Of a DNA stretch of 64,000 nucleotides, positions 1-12,698 are shown piece by piece. Both the position numbers and the translations under genes were made by a program. This stretch comes from Chrysomallon squamiferum. Lineage: Eukaryota > Animalia > Mollusca. The notes beneath the pieces are model-generated. The model had not been told where the DNA came from. It worked only from the letters and a program-made list of their open reading frames with translations, and ran no database searches. The number at the start of each line of letters is the position of its first letter. Position 1 is the first letter of the stretch. The stretch covers positions 43,834,001 through 43,898,000 of the forward strand of contig CM022665.1 in assembly GCA_012295275.1 (NCBI GenBank), written 5' to 3'.

Positions 1-232
1 ACGATTCTCCCACTCAGTATAATATACATACATTTATTTAAAAAAAAAAAAATCCCTTTCAAAATCAAATCAGTTGGTGTGTAGATAATAAAAAATTAAA
101 AAAGGGAAATAATCTCTAACAACATTTTTTAACTTTTATCTCTTTAAATATTAAATAGTTGTTGCTTTCTCCTAACAGTTCAGATAAAAATATCATCAGT
201 CAGTTTGATGTAGATGACTCTAAATGACTCAC

Positions 233-350
233 ATCTATCTGATCATCCCATGTTGTCCAGACGTACTGTAAAATATCTTTGACTGTGGAGCCTCTGTCTG
301 TGAGGGAGGGATGCAAATGTGAAGGAATAAGCTTGTTCTCCAAACCAAAA
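233..350 (-). CDS. THADA: THADA coding exon 10 (FGLENKLIPSHLHPSLTDRGSTVKDILQYVWTTWDDQID)
   Basis: ttttcag| acceptor, GAT|gtgagt donor, 118 nt, phase 2 to 0; strong match to the THADA YV-T-W---D motif. Confidence 0.9.
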
Positions 351-3300
351 CTGAAAATAAATAAGTAAGTAAGTTGGTAAATGAGTAAGTAAGAAAGTAA
401 GTAAGTAAGTAAATAAGAAATTATTTAATAAACAAATAAATAAGAAAGCAAATATGTAAGTAAATAAATATGAAAGTGATTAAGTAAGTAAGAAAATAAG
501 TAACTAAGTAAGGAAGGAAGTAAATAAATAAATAATAATAATAATAGCAATTGTAGCAATAACAATAATACTAAAAAATAATAATAATAACAACAGAAGA
601 GTAATAATAATAATAAAAAATAATAACAACAATAATAACAACAACCAGAACAATAGCAATAATGTAATTAATAAAATAAATGAATTACTGTAATAATTCT
701 AATGAGCATTAAAATTAAAATATATTGAGGGATAATTAAAACAAAAATTCAGTTGTTACTGAAGATACTAACCACATTCTGTTTGTCCAGAGAGTCATGG
801 TTTTAGCTAACAAGACTTTGTTCGCAGTATCAGAACACCTACAGAAATACAAACACTTACAAAATCATCTACAGAATTACCTGCACATTTTGTTAATCAC
901 AAAACCATTATAATTATTACCACTGACCATATTATTTAAAAACGGTAATTTAATTTTAATGTTTTAATAAATAAGTCATTTTCAGGACTATTTAAAGACA
1001 GCAGTTTAGCTTTAACATTTTGGTTAAGTAAATTAACTGCAAACAAACAAAAACTGAAAAACTGATAATAATAAACTTAGACTTAACTTAAGTTACATAA
1101 TAATTGTGAAAATTAAGATTTTATAAATACTTTTAATACTTACTTTTTACTAAACATTAAAAGCTGTGGTAAAAAAACAGAAGTCATTAGAGTCTTCTGT
1201 GGGCTAATTTCCACCAATAATTCCTCAAGATCCAGTTTTGCAAGAAGGCCAAATATTAAACAGAGCTGCGATATGATTGGCAGACTGCTGACCTCTGACA
1301 TTCTGATTTTACTAACAGACAGCCAATCAGGGAGTGAGAAAGGTGGCAGGTCACAAGAAGGAATAACACTTGTGAACATCAATTTTGTTACCTGTAAAAT
1401 ATAAAAAAGATTTAAACCAAAAATCTACATCAGTTTTTGAAAATGAATTGTTCATATTATAAAAACAAAAATTAATTCAAACTAAATGAAGGTTCTTTTC
1501 TTCAATAATTTCACTTTTGCTAATTAAAAATAGTATAAACAATGGATAATTTTAAGTATTTCATAATTGATATTCTTATTTATTTTTTATTTTTTTTGCT
1601 GAAGATTTATATATGAGAATAAAAATGTAATAAAAAAAACCTAGCCATTGTCTGAATTTTTTTATCAAATGACAAGGAGAAACAAAATATATTTAAAAAA
1701 TGAAAAAATAAATAAATAATAATACAAAAAATGAAGCAACTGTTCTTTTTTTTAAATTTAATTAAAAGTATAATAATAAGAAGAATTATCATACTGCTAG
1801 TGGCATTTTGTCACCAGTCACTATTTTTAGCAACAAAGCAATATTCATTGCACATCCACAGCGACAGTCAGATAAAAAGTCATCTAAAAATAGAACAAAT
1901 TTTCCATAAATAGAAACAGAACCATATTTATATAAGTCATGTGATAAATATTTAGCATACTTGCTCTCAAAGTGAAAGTCTCTGTGACCCTTTCATGGAT
2001 AATCAAGGTCAAAACTATTTTTATAAAAACACTGAGATGTTATTTTGCCTGTATCATTTTCATTTAATAGATGTAAACCAAATAAATAAAAAACTTTTTG
2101 GATTTTCAGTAATATTTAAAAGTAAATGGATCCAAAGACCAAAAGGTTTCTGAAATGTTGGTATTGCCTGAAGTGAGATGAAGCAATAGAAAAAAAAAAA
2201 ATGGTGGATCTGATAATAACCCTTCCTTTGTCAGAATAAAAAGTATTTAACAGTAACTAAATTATAATAATAATAATAAAAATAATAATATTTGAAGAAA
2301 ATTAAAAACAAAAAATAAAAATAATATTAAAAATAAAAAAATAAAAAAAAAAAATAAAAAAAAAAAAAAAAATAAAATAAAATGAAATATTTCATTTTAT
2401 GGAATTAAATTAATTGTTCACTATTGTTCAGATATAATTATATTTTTAATTTGTAATTAATTACCTTTATATAGGATTGTTACATCACTTTCCAAATATT
2501 CTGTTATAATTTCATGTAACTCTGTTTCATCTGCCATGTCTGTGGTCATGGCAACAGATTTGTGTAGAAGACGATTGGATGTCTGGATGGTTGCTAGGCA
2601 ATGATGCATAATTTCATTTATCTGAACAGGTGATAATGTTTCTCTGAAACCAGTGGAGGAAAAAAAATTCAATAATAAAAAATAAATAAACACATGAACT
2701 ATAAATAAATAAATAGTAACAAACTTCATAATATCACAAAATAATACTGAAATGCAAAATTCATAATTGGTTATGTATTGTATTTACTATTTATTCAACA
2801 GTAATTTCAAAAAGAAAAATTTTGTTAAAAATAATTTAAAAATTACAATTAAACGTTTTACCTGAAGTGTTGCAGGAAACATGAAAGAGCTTGTGCCAAC
2901 ATTTTTAAAACTGAAAATAAAAATAAAATATATTCGTTAATTTAATAATCACATTATTACTAACATTATTATAAATAAATCATCTCTTCTGTTAATGAAA
3001 ATCTACATCCCTCTGCCAAAGGACATTTGAGTTTTCATATCATGAATGCTAACACTCTCAATAAAATACATATCTAAAAGGATAAATAATAATAATAATA
3101 ATAATAATAATGGAATCTAACTTTCCTTGTTTTATTTACAAGAACCATTCAGAGCTATGTTCAAGGTAAATTCTAGATTACCTATAAGTTTCTTTATCAA
3201 AGAAATACTATGCCACAATAATTCAGATTCTATATTCACTTACAAAAATTTAGCTGGGGTTGCAAAAAAGTCTTGTGGTGATGAAAAGACAATGGCACCA

Positions 3301-4312
3301 CAATAAATAATCAGATGTTTATTATTTAAAAAACAAAAACTATCCAAGTAACATTTGTATCTATTCACATTACGATAATTATCTTTATCTGTACTTGAAA
3401 GCATTTAAGGATCTTAACATAAATTTTGCTAAAGTATTTATTTAATTGGAATAACACTAAAGATTAAAACTGATCAAATGTAAACTTCTTGTGGAGTTAA
3501 AAATATCCAAGTTTTACCTTTTAGAGAAACAGTAGCCAGACATTCTTCTCCTTAAATATATAAAAAAGAAAAGAAAAAGTGTTTTAATTAAGTAAATAAA
3601 TAAATGTATATTTAACAACAGTGCAAGTCATTACTGCAATAATCATGGTTAAAGGAAATTAAAGTAAAATTTTAAAGGTAGATTTATAAAATTTGGGCTC
3701 ATTTAATATTTTGATAATATATTTTAACAGAATGAAGTGCACTTAGGCTGAAATATTTAAGTACATCTACAAATATCACTCATTTCCTAAGAGGCACACA
3801 CTTGAAAATAAATTTAAAACTAGGGTGATAAATTTTAAATTAAATTCAGTTTATTGTACTTTGTTTTCATATTTATGTGTGTGTGGTTGAGTGTTTGCAC
3901 GTGTGTGTGTGTGCATGTATTTATTTACCTGTTGAGAAATTGTCCATGAGAGATGAAACTGTGTCAACTCTGTTTCTAATGTCAGAGAGGTCATTCATTT
4001 CAATCAATGTCTCTAACTGCTCTTCCAAATGGTTTTGTAAACATTTCCTGACAACAGATTTATCACCAGATTCAAGATCTTCTATGAAACTGAAATAAAC
4101 AAGTCAATGAATATATTTTTTAATGACACTGTATCGTGATTTTACATTAAAATTAACTAGCTATCAGTAACACTGTTTGCAATGTTATCTTAAAGGTATT
4201 CTTTAATAACTATAAAGTAAAATTTTTGAAGATGAGTACATGAACAATGTTATGTGAAGCAGTACAGAGACTCAAATTATTTTAGTTCAGAATATTTAAT
4301 TACAGCTAATAC

Positions 4313-4346
<34 letters not shown>

Positions 4347-4734
4347 ATAAATAAAATTTAAAACAAAATGTAATATTAATTTTTATACTATGTCATGTTT
4401 ATTGCTTTTTGAACATACTATGTATGCCATTTTGCTACAGCACAGAGCATTGTAAACAAAACAGAATTAGTTACATCTTGCAATGGAGTTAGTTAACAAA
4501 AGATATCACATACATAGTTTTATTAACTGGCTAAATAAAATATATTAATAGTGGAAGGAATTTCACTCAGAAGAAACAATTGCATTGTTTGCTGTCATTA
4601 TTCATGAGGTAAACAATCCCAATAGTTTATTCTTGAGGGAACTGTTAAATACCTTTAAATAGGATTGTTACATCACTTTCTTTCTTATTACCATTTTATA
4701 CATAAATTTTCTTTATTTATTATATTCTATATAT

Positions 4735-4773
<39 letters not shown>

Positions 4774-5396
4774 TTATTATTATCTTTTTCATGACTGCAT
4801 TTCAAACTGGAAATAGATTTGTCTAAGCTGATCAACATAATCCATGAAAACAAGCAAGGGCAAAAACCTTCTTAAAATCCCTTTTCAAAGCCTAATTACT
4901 GCAGAAATCAGTAAATACCATTCTGTATACCATTCTTGGAAACTTTACCTGATCAAGACTTTTCTCACAGGGTTCTTTGGTTTACATTTATAATAGATGA
5001 CAGCAACACTTTCAGCAATTTCTGCAAAATTGTCTGTATAATTTTCATCTTTCTTGCAACCAGACAGGACCTATAATCATTAAAAAAATATAAAAATAAA
5101 AGTGAGAACTGAACAATTTATTTACTGTAATTTCAAATTTTATAGACTGCTGTTGCTGATTTAATAATACATTCTTTATTTCCATATGCAAATTTATTTA
5201 ATAATCCATGTTTTACACATATACATTTTTTTTTATGGTTTTAAAAAAACAATTTTTTAAATCTTATTCAAGTTTTGTTGTTCTTCATTTTCATATTGGC
5301 AACATCAGCAGAGTAAGTAGTTACTTGAACAAATAGAAGAAATGAATCTATAATGATGTTCCATGATTATTCTATATTCTTAAATATTTATATTAA

Positions 5397-5445
<49 letters not shown>

Positions 5446-5588
5446 TAAAATAATAACACAAAAATAAAATGAAATGAAAAATAATAATAAAAAATAAACA
5501 ACAAAACCTGTTTCAAGGACTGGATATATGATTTGCTGTCATCAACATCTAAAAGATGTTGTAGTTTCTCAGAATTTACACAGGACAT
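233..5588 (-). CDS. THADA: THADA (thyroid adenoma-associated / Trm732-like tRNA methyltransferase cofactor, ARM-repeat) orthologue, 5' part. Coding exons join(5588-5508,5070-4949,4089-3929,3550-3518,2910-2862,2643-2465,1883-1795,1391-1144,838-773,350-233); continues beyond position 1
   Basis: Ten GT-AG exons splice in consistent phase into a 1146-nt open frame (382 aa). Peptides match recalled human THADA colinearly: KNPVRKVLIS~KNPLKKVLAS, VDTVSSLMDNFSTG~TDNISSCMENFNLG, LPDWL~VPEWF, LLAKTMTLWTN~FLSRILASWTN, VKDILQYVWTTWDDQID~VGRLLEYVYTHWEHPLD. Confidence 0.9.
773..838 (-). CDS. THADA: THADA coding exon 9 (CSDTANKVLLAKTMTLWTNRM)
   Basis: ctgtag| acceptor, TG|gttagt donor, 66 nt, phase 2 to 2; conserved WTN. 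Confidence 0.85.
1144..1391 (-). CDS. THADA: THADA coding exon 8 (VTKLMFTSVIPSCD...PQLLMFSK)
   Basis: Overlaps ORF 1140..1382; tttacag| acceptor, AA|gtaagt donor, 248 nt, phase 0 to 2. Confidence 0.87.
1795..1883 (-). CDS. THADA: THADA coding exon 7 (DFLSDCRCGCAMNIALLLKIVTGDKMPLA)
   Basis: ttttag| acceptor, GCA|gtatga donor, 89 nt, phase 1 to 0; aligns with human DLLQTVQSTSGLAIILFIK. Confidence 0.82.
2465..2643 (-). CDS. THADA: THADA coding exon 6 (ETLSPVQINEIMHHCLATIQ...ESDVTILYK)
   Basis: Lies within ORF 2457..2729; tttcag| acceptor, AAG|gtaatt donor, 179 nt, phase 2 to 1. Confidence 0.85.
2862..2910 (-). CDS. THADA: THADA coding exon 5 (LKMLAQALSCFLQHFR)
   Basis: ttttcag| acceptor, CAG|gtaaaa donor, 49 nt, phase 1 to 2. 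Confidence 0.82.
3518..3550 (-). CDS. THADA: THADA coding exon 4, 33-nt micro-exon (GEECLATVSLKV)
   Basis: Pyrimidine tract with tttaag| acceptor and AAG|gtaaaa donor, phase 1 to 1. Fills the gap matching human GRASVNNLLKNV. Confidence 0.75.
3929..4089 (-). CDS. THADA: THADA coding exon 3 (FIEDLESG...RVDTVSSLMDNFST)
   Basis: tttcag| acceptor, CAG|gtaaat donor, 161 nt, phase 2 to 1. Confidence 0.88.
4949..5070 (-). CDS. THADA: THADA coding exon 2 (VLSGCKKDENYTDNFAEIAESVAVIYYKCKPKNPVRKVLI)
   Basis: ttatag| acceptor, CAG|gtaaag donor, 122 nt, phase 0 to 2; contains the KNP-KVL motif. Confidence 0.88.
5508..5588 (-). CDS. THADA: THADA coding exon 1 (MSCVNSEKLQHLLDVDDSKSYIQSLKQ); exon starts at 5613 with 25 nt of UTR
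   Basis: Acceptor tttctag before 5613, in-frame TAA upstream of the ATG at 5588, donor CAG|gtttt, phase 0. IQSLKQ resembles human IHYIKQ. Confidence 0.75.
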
Positions 5589-5850
5589 TGTATTGTTTTT
5601 ACTTGTTTAGCTTCTAGAAATAAAAATTAAAATGCTATAATTATCGTTCAACTTAATTATCATAAATAAGATACGGAAACCAAATTTAGAAAAATAACAT
5701 TGAAATAAATACCAAATGGTGGAAAAATTTGGTAGTAGTTTTCTCTAATAAATTAAATTATTTTCATCAGTTATAATAAAGATTAAATGAGTAAACAAAG
5801 ACTGTTATAATATAAAATATAAATCGAAAACACATTATACACGAAATTAC

Positions 5851-6050
5851 CAAATCGTCTGATACAAAACGATTATTGATTACGAAAACGTACAGAATTA
5901 GTGAAGATAAAATTATTAAATTGTCTACTTGTTCAGTGTAGTGCTATTAGCTAGATGAAAAGCGATCATCACACACTGTATGCGTAGTTATTAATATTTT
6001 AAATATATTTTACAAACAGGCCACTGTTATATGTGGGCGCAGCCATCTTT
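5851..6050 (-). promoter_or_regulatory. Putative non-coding first exon / promoter of THADA
   Basis: Donor TTG|gtaatt at 5850, local CpG enrichment, and a YY1-like AAGATGGCTGCGCCC (minus strand, 6049-6035). The TSS position is a guess. Confidence 0.45.
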
Positions 6051-6724
6051 ATTAGCTCAGCATTTAAAATTTTTACATACATTTTAAAAAACAATAAAAA
6101 TAGTATCTGATATTACTTAACATAGTCATCAATTTTAAAAATAAAAATGCATTTATCGAGTAATAATGTTATTCTTACATGTTTAAAAAAAAAGAAAAAT
6201 TAAAACAATTTTGTGCTGCCTTGATATTCATATTGCGGTGTAAAAGCTTAAATGAAGCACGTAATATTTACCCTCTTTCAGAATTACAAATTAAAAATTT
6301 ATAATGATATGTTTTATTATGTTATTAGGAAATTGTTGTAGTTTGATTGATGAAATATATTCCAGTTAAATATATACCTATTCATTTCAAGCTAAATGTT
6401 TGATAGTTATGGTGCATTATTGAAGTAACATCCAGAATCTTCTTTTTACATAAACATTTTTAGAAAATGGTACGATCTTTCACACTTTTTCTTCTTAATT
6501 TTTGTTTTGGTTTGTATCATAATAGCAAATAAATTAGTCTACTAAAGGATGCGACTGAAACAATTTTACTAAACTCTTGGTCACTTATGAAGTGTCTTTC
6601 AGTCTTTTCCTTATATATTTTAATTAATTATTCATACTAATTATTTATATTTGATAACATAATAAAAGAAATTGCATGCCTCTATTAAATTCTAATGACA
6701 AACTATTTTAAAATAGATAAGCTT

Positions 6725-6845
6725 TCATGATCACGTGCCGTCATTTCCATATTTTATCATCGGAAGTTTCTCAAGAGTTACACCGGTTCGTAGACTGAAA
6801 ATAAACATTGCGATTTGATCGCGTGAGAGGCGTGAGAGGATACCT
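6725..6845. promoter_or_regulatory. CpG-rich promoter-like element between the divergent genes
   Basis: E-box TCACGTG (6731), ETS CGGAAGT (6761), tandem GCGTGAGAG and many CpGs in an otherwise CpG-poor region. Confidence 0.4.
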
Positions 6846-7572
6846 ATGTTTCATTTGACAGAATTATGCAAAAGACCTGACAGAAAAAATTACAGTTCTC
6901 TATGCAATAATAACACGACATTTTCATGATTCTGTGATGGGAAAATCGGATTTGTATACTTCCCAGGTAATGGAAACTAAATTTGCGTTGCATTTTCTCC
7001 TAACCAAAAGCTGACTGTCATTTTAGTGTAGGTTCATACCGGATTGACATCTGCTTCCATCTTGCATATTTCACTGAACAGTCATTACTTTGTAACCAAT
7101 GTTTAAACAGGCAGCACCTATTTTCACTATTTCTCTTTGCAGTAGGTACAATTTTTTTTTTTTTTAATTATTTACAATTCACCTGTTAATTTATTTTCAC
7201 CCATAAACAGATAAAATAATGATTATGATATACCCTGTTTTTTGTTTCTCATTTGTAATTAAGTTTTTAAAGTAATTAGTATGATGTTATGAAATGTTAA
7301 TATGTCATTATATATATACATATATGTATATATAAATTTTGTTCTCCTCTTAATGCTTTAAAATATACATTTTTATTTGCTTTTAATGTTAATAATAAAA
7401 ATTTATAATGGAATCAATAAATTTTTATGAATTGCATAAAATAATAATAAAAAATGTATATCTTACAGAGTTGTTAGAGATATTCATACTAAATGAAAAT
7501 GACTATAAAAAAAACTCCACCAAACAACATTTTCTAAACCATCTCATATTAATGTACTGATGCTATCTTTCA

Positions 7573-7640
<68 letters not shown>

Positions 7641-9391
7641 GCTTTGTATATTATGGTTTTTAATTCCTGCCAATACCAAATGATTACAATGCTGAAATGA
7701 AATGCTACATGTCATTTTTGTTGTTAATATTTCATATATATATTTTTATTGATTTATTCTTCTTTTGTTTTTTTTAAAATTTAATATAATTTTATTTTTG
7801 AGGGTCCTATTATAAGTATATTTCCTTCTTACTACAATTATATATATCTTTTCTTTCTTTCTTTATTCTATTCTATTCTATTCTGTTTTATTTTATTTTT
7901 TATTTATTTATTTATTTATTTATTTATTGATATTACTGTTATTATTATTATTTTACGAGTCTTTTTAATTCCCATTGAACTCAAATATTTTATATTGTAA
8001 CAGCTGCCAACTCACTTTACAAATTTAATTAAAATATTTTATTACAGTATTTATTACACATTATTTCAATTGGTATACATTTCATTGCAATGAATAGTCC
8101 TTTATTAATTTTTATTTTGAACTTATATAATTCTTTGTTACTAAAGTATTAACAAAATTCTCCAAACGAATCCTTGCAGTAGGTTTTAGTGGATTATATA
8201 TGACACTTGACATCTGGATTCAATAAATATTATTTGTATGACATCTGACATTACATCCAAATCCATTAAGTATGTTTATTTCTTTTCATATCATCACAAA
8301 TTCAAACATTGGTTTTTTCGTAAACTCAAATTTTTATCATGCCCAGCTCCTCTTTTTCATGCAGTTAATAAATAAACTACATTTAGAAGAGGTGCTGAAA
8401 CAAAAAACAATAATTCTGGAGAAAAAAAATACAATTTCTGAACGTTTGTCGAGATAAAACTGTTTTAAAACAGCACTAAATACTTCACAGCGGTTTATTT
8501 CTTATCCCGTTTAATCTCATTTGGTAGATTATGCTTCAGATATTCTTAAATAGGATCACGAGTGCATTGCCATTGATTTTTTCTTTTTTTTTCTCTCTCT
8601 TTCTCAAAATAATGTACAAGCAACTCGATCAGTATTTGTTTGTATTCTTTACAGCTTAATGGATGAGGTTGATGCATTTTAATAATGCTTTATGGAGTTT
8701 GGTTCTTGATTTAGTTTGCAGCTGATGTTGGATTGGCGATTGTATTAATATTTCAGTATTTGCATTTCATTGTTATGGAAATGAAAGAATAGAGGGAAAA
8801 CAAATTGAATTTTTTATTTATTTTTAGTTTATTTTTTTAATATTTTTTTTTAATTAATTTTTTTGTTTGTTTTATAACTTTCTTTTCTATTTTTCATTTC
8901 ACTTTTATGTCATAAAGTATTATGTTTGGTTAAACTGAATTATTTAACTTGAGTGATGCAGTGTTGACTGAGATGCTTTTCTTTGACAGAATATATCTAA
9001 TTTAAATATTTTTTTAAATATTATTATAATATATGTTAAGAGAAACAAATTTTAGCAATATTGTTTTCTACTTGGGTGGTATAGGAAAAAAAAAAAAGCT
9101 GCTTAAATATATATTTATTTTTTGAAAATGAAGAAGAAATATGCATGAAAAATTAATGTATTTTTATCTTCAGATATCGATGAGAGAAAAAAAAAAATAA
9201 TGTATTTTACCTAGAGATATTGTAAAAAAAAAAAAAATAATGTATTTTACCTAGAGATATTGTTAAAAAAAAAAAATTTATGTATTTTATCACAGCAGCA
9301 CATTTCTCATTTCTAAAAGTATAACTCATCTTTAAAAAAAAAGAAGAAAGCGAACATTTCCAACAGTTGTTTGGCAATCTAAGAAACAAAG

Positions 9392-9426
<35 letters not shown>

Positions 9427-9689
9427 ATATATCTGTTTAATAGACATTTACACGTCACTGCATGAGTGAAAACATGTAACGTGATTCAAACCCAATACAT
9501 CACCTTTACGTAAGTGACTTTATCTTATTGTTCTAAATACCGAGACCTCTCACAGCTGGTAACTTGACCTCACCACTTGAAACCAGTCTGATATATCTCA
9601 TTGATTTTCACACGTTAGTGGTGTGTATATATATATATATATATATAGAGAGAGACAGAAAGGAGAGAAAGAGAGAGAGAGAGAGGGCT

Positions 9690-10164
9690 AAACCATGAGT
9701 GCTTATCACCACTGATGAATGGTTGTGTTTGGGATCCACACAGACCTGTACTGTACTGTACCGTAGCCTTCACAAGAGTCTAGAAATACAGGCAAAGACC
9801 CAGTCTGGCTTGGAGCAGCGTTCTAGCAGCAGTAGTAGTGGTGGTGGTGCTGGTGTGAGGGTGGGAAAAAACAACCACTTGTAGCTTTGTGTTTCGCTCT
9901 TTCTCCGGCTGCACTTGCTGGCTCTCTTTCTGCTCCTCGTCGTCAGTGTCTGTTCTTCTGTTGATCCGTTTACTTATTATGTATCACTTTCGATTGCTGC
10001 TGCTGCTGCACTGTTCAGCCTTACTCAACTGTGTGGCTCACTCGCAACGAGGATAAGAGTATTGTTTTTAACGTTCTTCACAATGAGGCTTTTTTTTTCT
10101 TCTTGTGTTCCTTCTTTCATATGTTGAATAGTGTGCTTTACTTTGATCCAAAGCCAGTTTTCAG
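9690..10164 (+). other. Putative non-coding 5' exon of the PLEKHH gene
   Basis: More GC-rich segment following an (AT)n(GA)n tract and ending in the donor CAG|GTACGT at 10164/10165. The ATG exon at 14648 has an acceptor, so an upstream exon is required. Start is uncertain. Confidence 0.5.
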
Positions 10165-10979
10165 GTACGTTTTTTTAATTATTTTTTGTTTTCCTTTTGA
10201 TTTTCTTTCTTTATTGTTATTGTTTTGATTTTCATTTCTTTATTGTTATTGTTTAACAAGTGAATACTTTCCTAACATTTTGAGCCTGATTACTATTATT
10301 ATTATTATTATTATTATTACTATTACTATTATTACTGTTATTATTATTATTATTATTGTTATTATTACAGCAAACTACTAACCCACAGACACAGACACAC
10401 AAAAATACTATATATTTCACAAAACACCTTTCCTTAATTCATTAACTCATTACATTTGCTTAACTGCTTAACAACACCATTACTTCTATATTTATACACT
10501 TCACAAACCTGCCTCGCATTTAACAATATAACCCATTAACGAAACAAAATTTTCAAACTTATCAACCACACTGTTACGTAGACCAGTTTATACCAAACTA
10601 CAGCATAAATCAAACTTTGCTGATGTCGTTAGTTTTACATTAAAAGCAAGAGACTGGGATAAACAGCCACACAGGTATGTCACGTACATGTGTCCTGATC
10701 TATTAGGTGCAGCAGGTAGCTGATTGCCATACGATCATTCTACAAACTGGGTTTAACATTCGCTCTAAAGTTAGCAGCACTGATGAACAGATAAAAGCAG
10801 GAATGTTCAGCAGAAGATAAGCAGATATACCAGTTATTCTTTTGTCATCATCTGTTTAGTATAAGAAGAATATTGCTTGGTGTGTTTTTTTTTTTGGTTC
10901 AAGAATATAGCAAACTCACTGTGGCTGTGGGCACTGTCTTGTTCAGATCACAACGTTCTTCACAAATGTTTTTTTTTTA

Positions 10980-11265
10980 ATTTGCTCTGTATCTGGACTT
11001 TGTAGTAGGCAAAGTATAATTTCATATATATATAGCAAGCTTATTATTATACCTGATTTTCTACATTAACAAAAGAAAACTACATGCCCATTTTAAATTT
11101 TTTATTAATTAATTACACAGTGATGAAATACTGGTTTTTGAAATTTGCTCTGTACCTAGATTTTGTAGTACATAAAATATGATTAAATTTATGTAATAAG
11201 CTTAATATGCATCAAGATTCAGTCTCTAGTGCAGTGAATGAGACCTTTAATTGATTTGGTTTTAG
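10980..11265 (+). repeat. Dispersed repeat copy A (homologous to 19370-19810)
   Basis: Shares the blocks GGCAAAGTATAATTT, CTACATTAACAAAAGAAA, AGTGATGAAATACTGGTTTTT and AAATTTGCTCTGTA in the same order. Confidence 0.8.
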
Positions 11266-11312
11266 CTTTTCTCTCTAATAGTAATAGACTACACTGAATG
11301 ATATCTCCACTG

Positions 11313-11354
<42 letters not shown>

Positions 11355-11393
11355 GGTGTTATAACTCGTGTATTTATCTGAGTGATATGTTTA

Positions 11394-11429
<36 letters not shown>

Positions 11430-12642
11430 CATAACATACACACACAAATACATACGTACATACATATACAACATCTATGAGTTAAAAACACAAGTTATAC
11501 CACATGTAGATAATTCGTTGATTAAATCTCAAAGGGACGTCAATGAATGGAATAGTACTTGATTATGTATTTTTATGTTTGTTTCATTTCTAGGTCAGTG
11601 GTTCTGCATGCTTTAATGATGCATATTCCTTATTCTATTCAGAGGTTGAAGGCATTTTGTTTAGTATATATTTAATATTCAGGCATAAATTATTTACGTT
11701 TCTTAAAAAACATTTTTTTTTTTTTTTTACAAATACTTGCATGGTAATATAGGTAATATATCCATCATTCTTGATATATTTAAACCAGTGTGCAGACTAA
11801 AGATCAAAGGATGTTTATGATCTAATTAAGTGGGACAGAGTCATTTTGATTACCAGGCATATTGTTGTATATTTTTGCATCATGCATGCATATACACACA
11901 CATACACAGACAACATTTCATCATATGATACACTCTGTTACACATATGCATGCACGTATATGTAAACTATACATGTACATTCATAAACACTGCATGCACA
12001 TAAAACTTATTTGTAATAGTCTCACACACACACACATAGACAGATAGGTACAGATATAGAGATATTTTATTCATTCACACATATGTATGTTTATCATACA
12101 GACATACATATGTAATGTTTATTGATTATATACCTATCTACAAGCATCTGTCCACACACACACACACACATCACACACACACACATCACACACACACACA
12201 GACATCACACACACACATATTAACACACATTCAGGTACATGCATACACATTCACATACACACATGCACCTATAGAACAAACATACCCATATGCACATAAT
12301 ATAAACACTGTAGAGTAAGAAAATTTCCAGATATACACACACATGGTTAAACAATTTGAAAAGCAGCCAGAAGCATCTGCCAGTCCTTGAAATATATCGC
12401 CACCAGTTTAAAACATTGTTTGTTCTTTCCACCTAATTACATCTACATTTTCATTCAGTTTTTATTTTATTTTATTTTTTTTTTTTTCCTTTGGTTAACC
12501 CATATCTTCTGAAAGGTATCTTTAGTAATAAAATATATTTTAGAAATTTTACCTAGCAGAGGCCTTTAATATTATACATGCATATTGAAACTTTTTTTAA
12601 TTTTTTTTTTTGTTTTATTTATATTAAAGAGAATTGTTGTTG

Positions 12643-12698
<56 letters not shown>

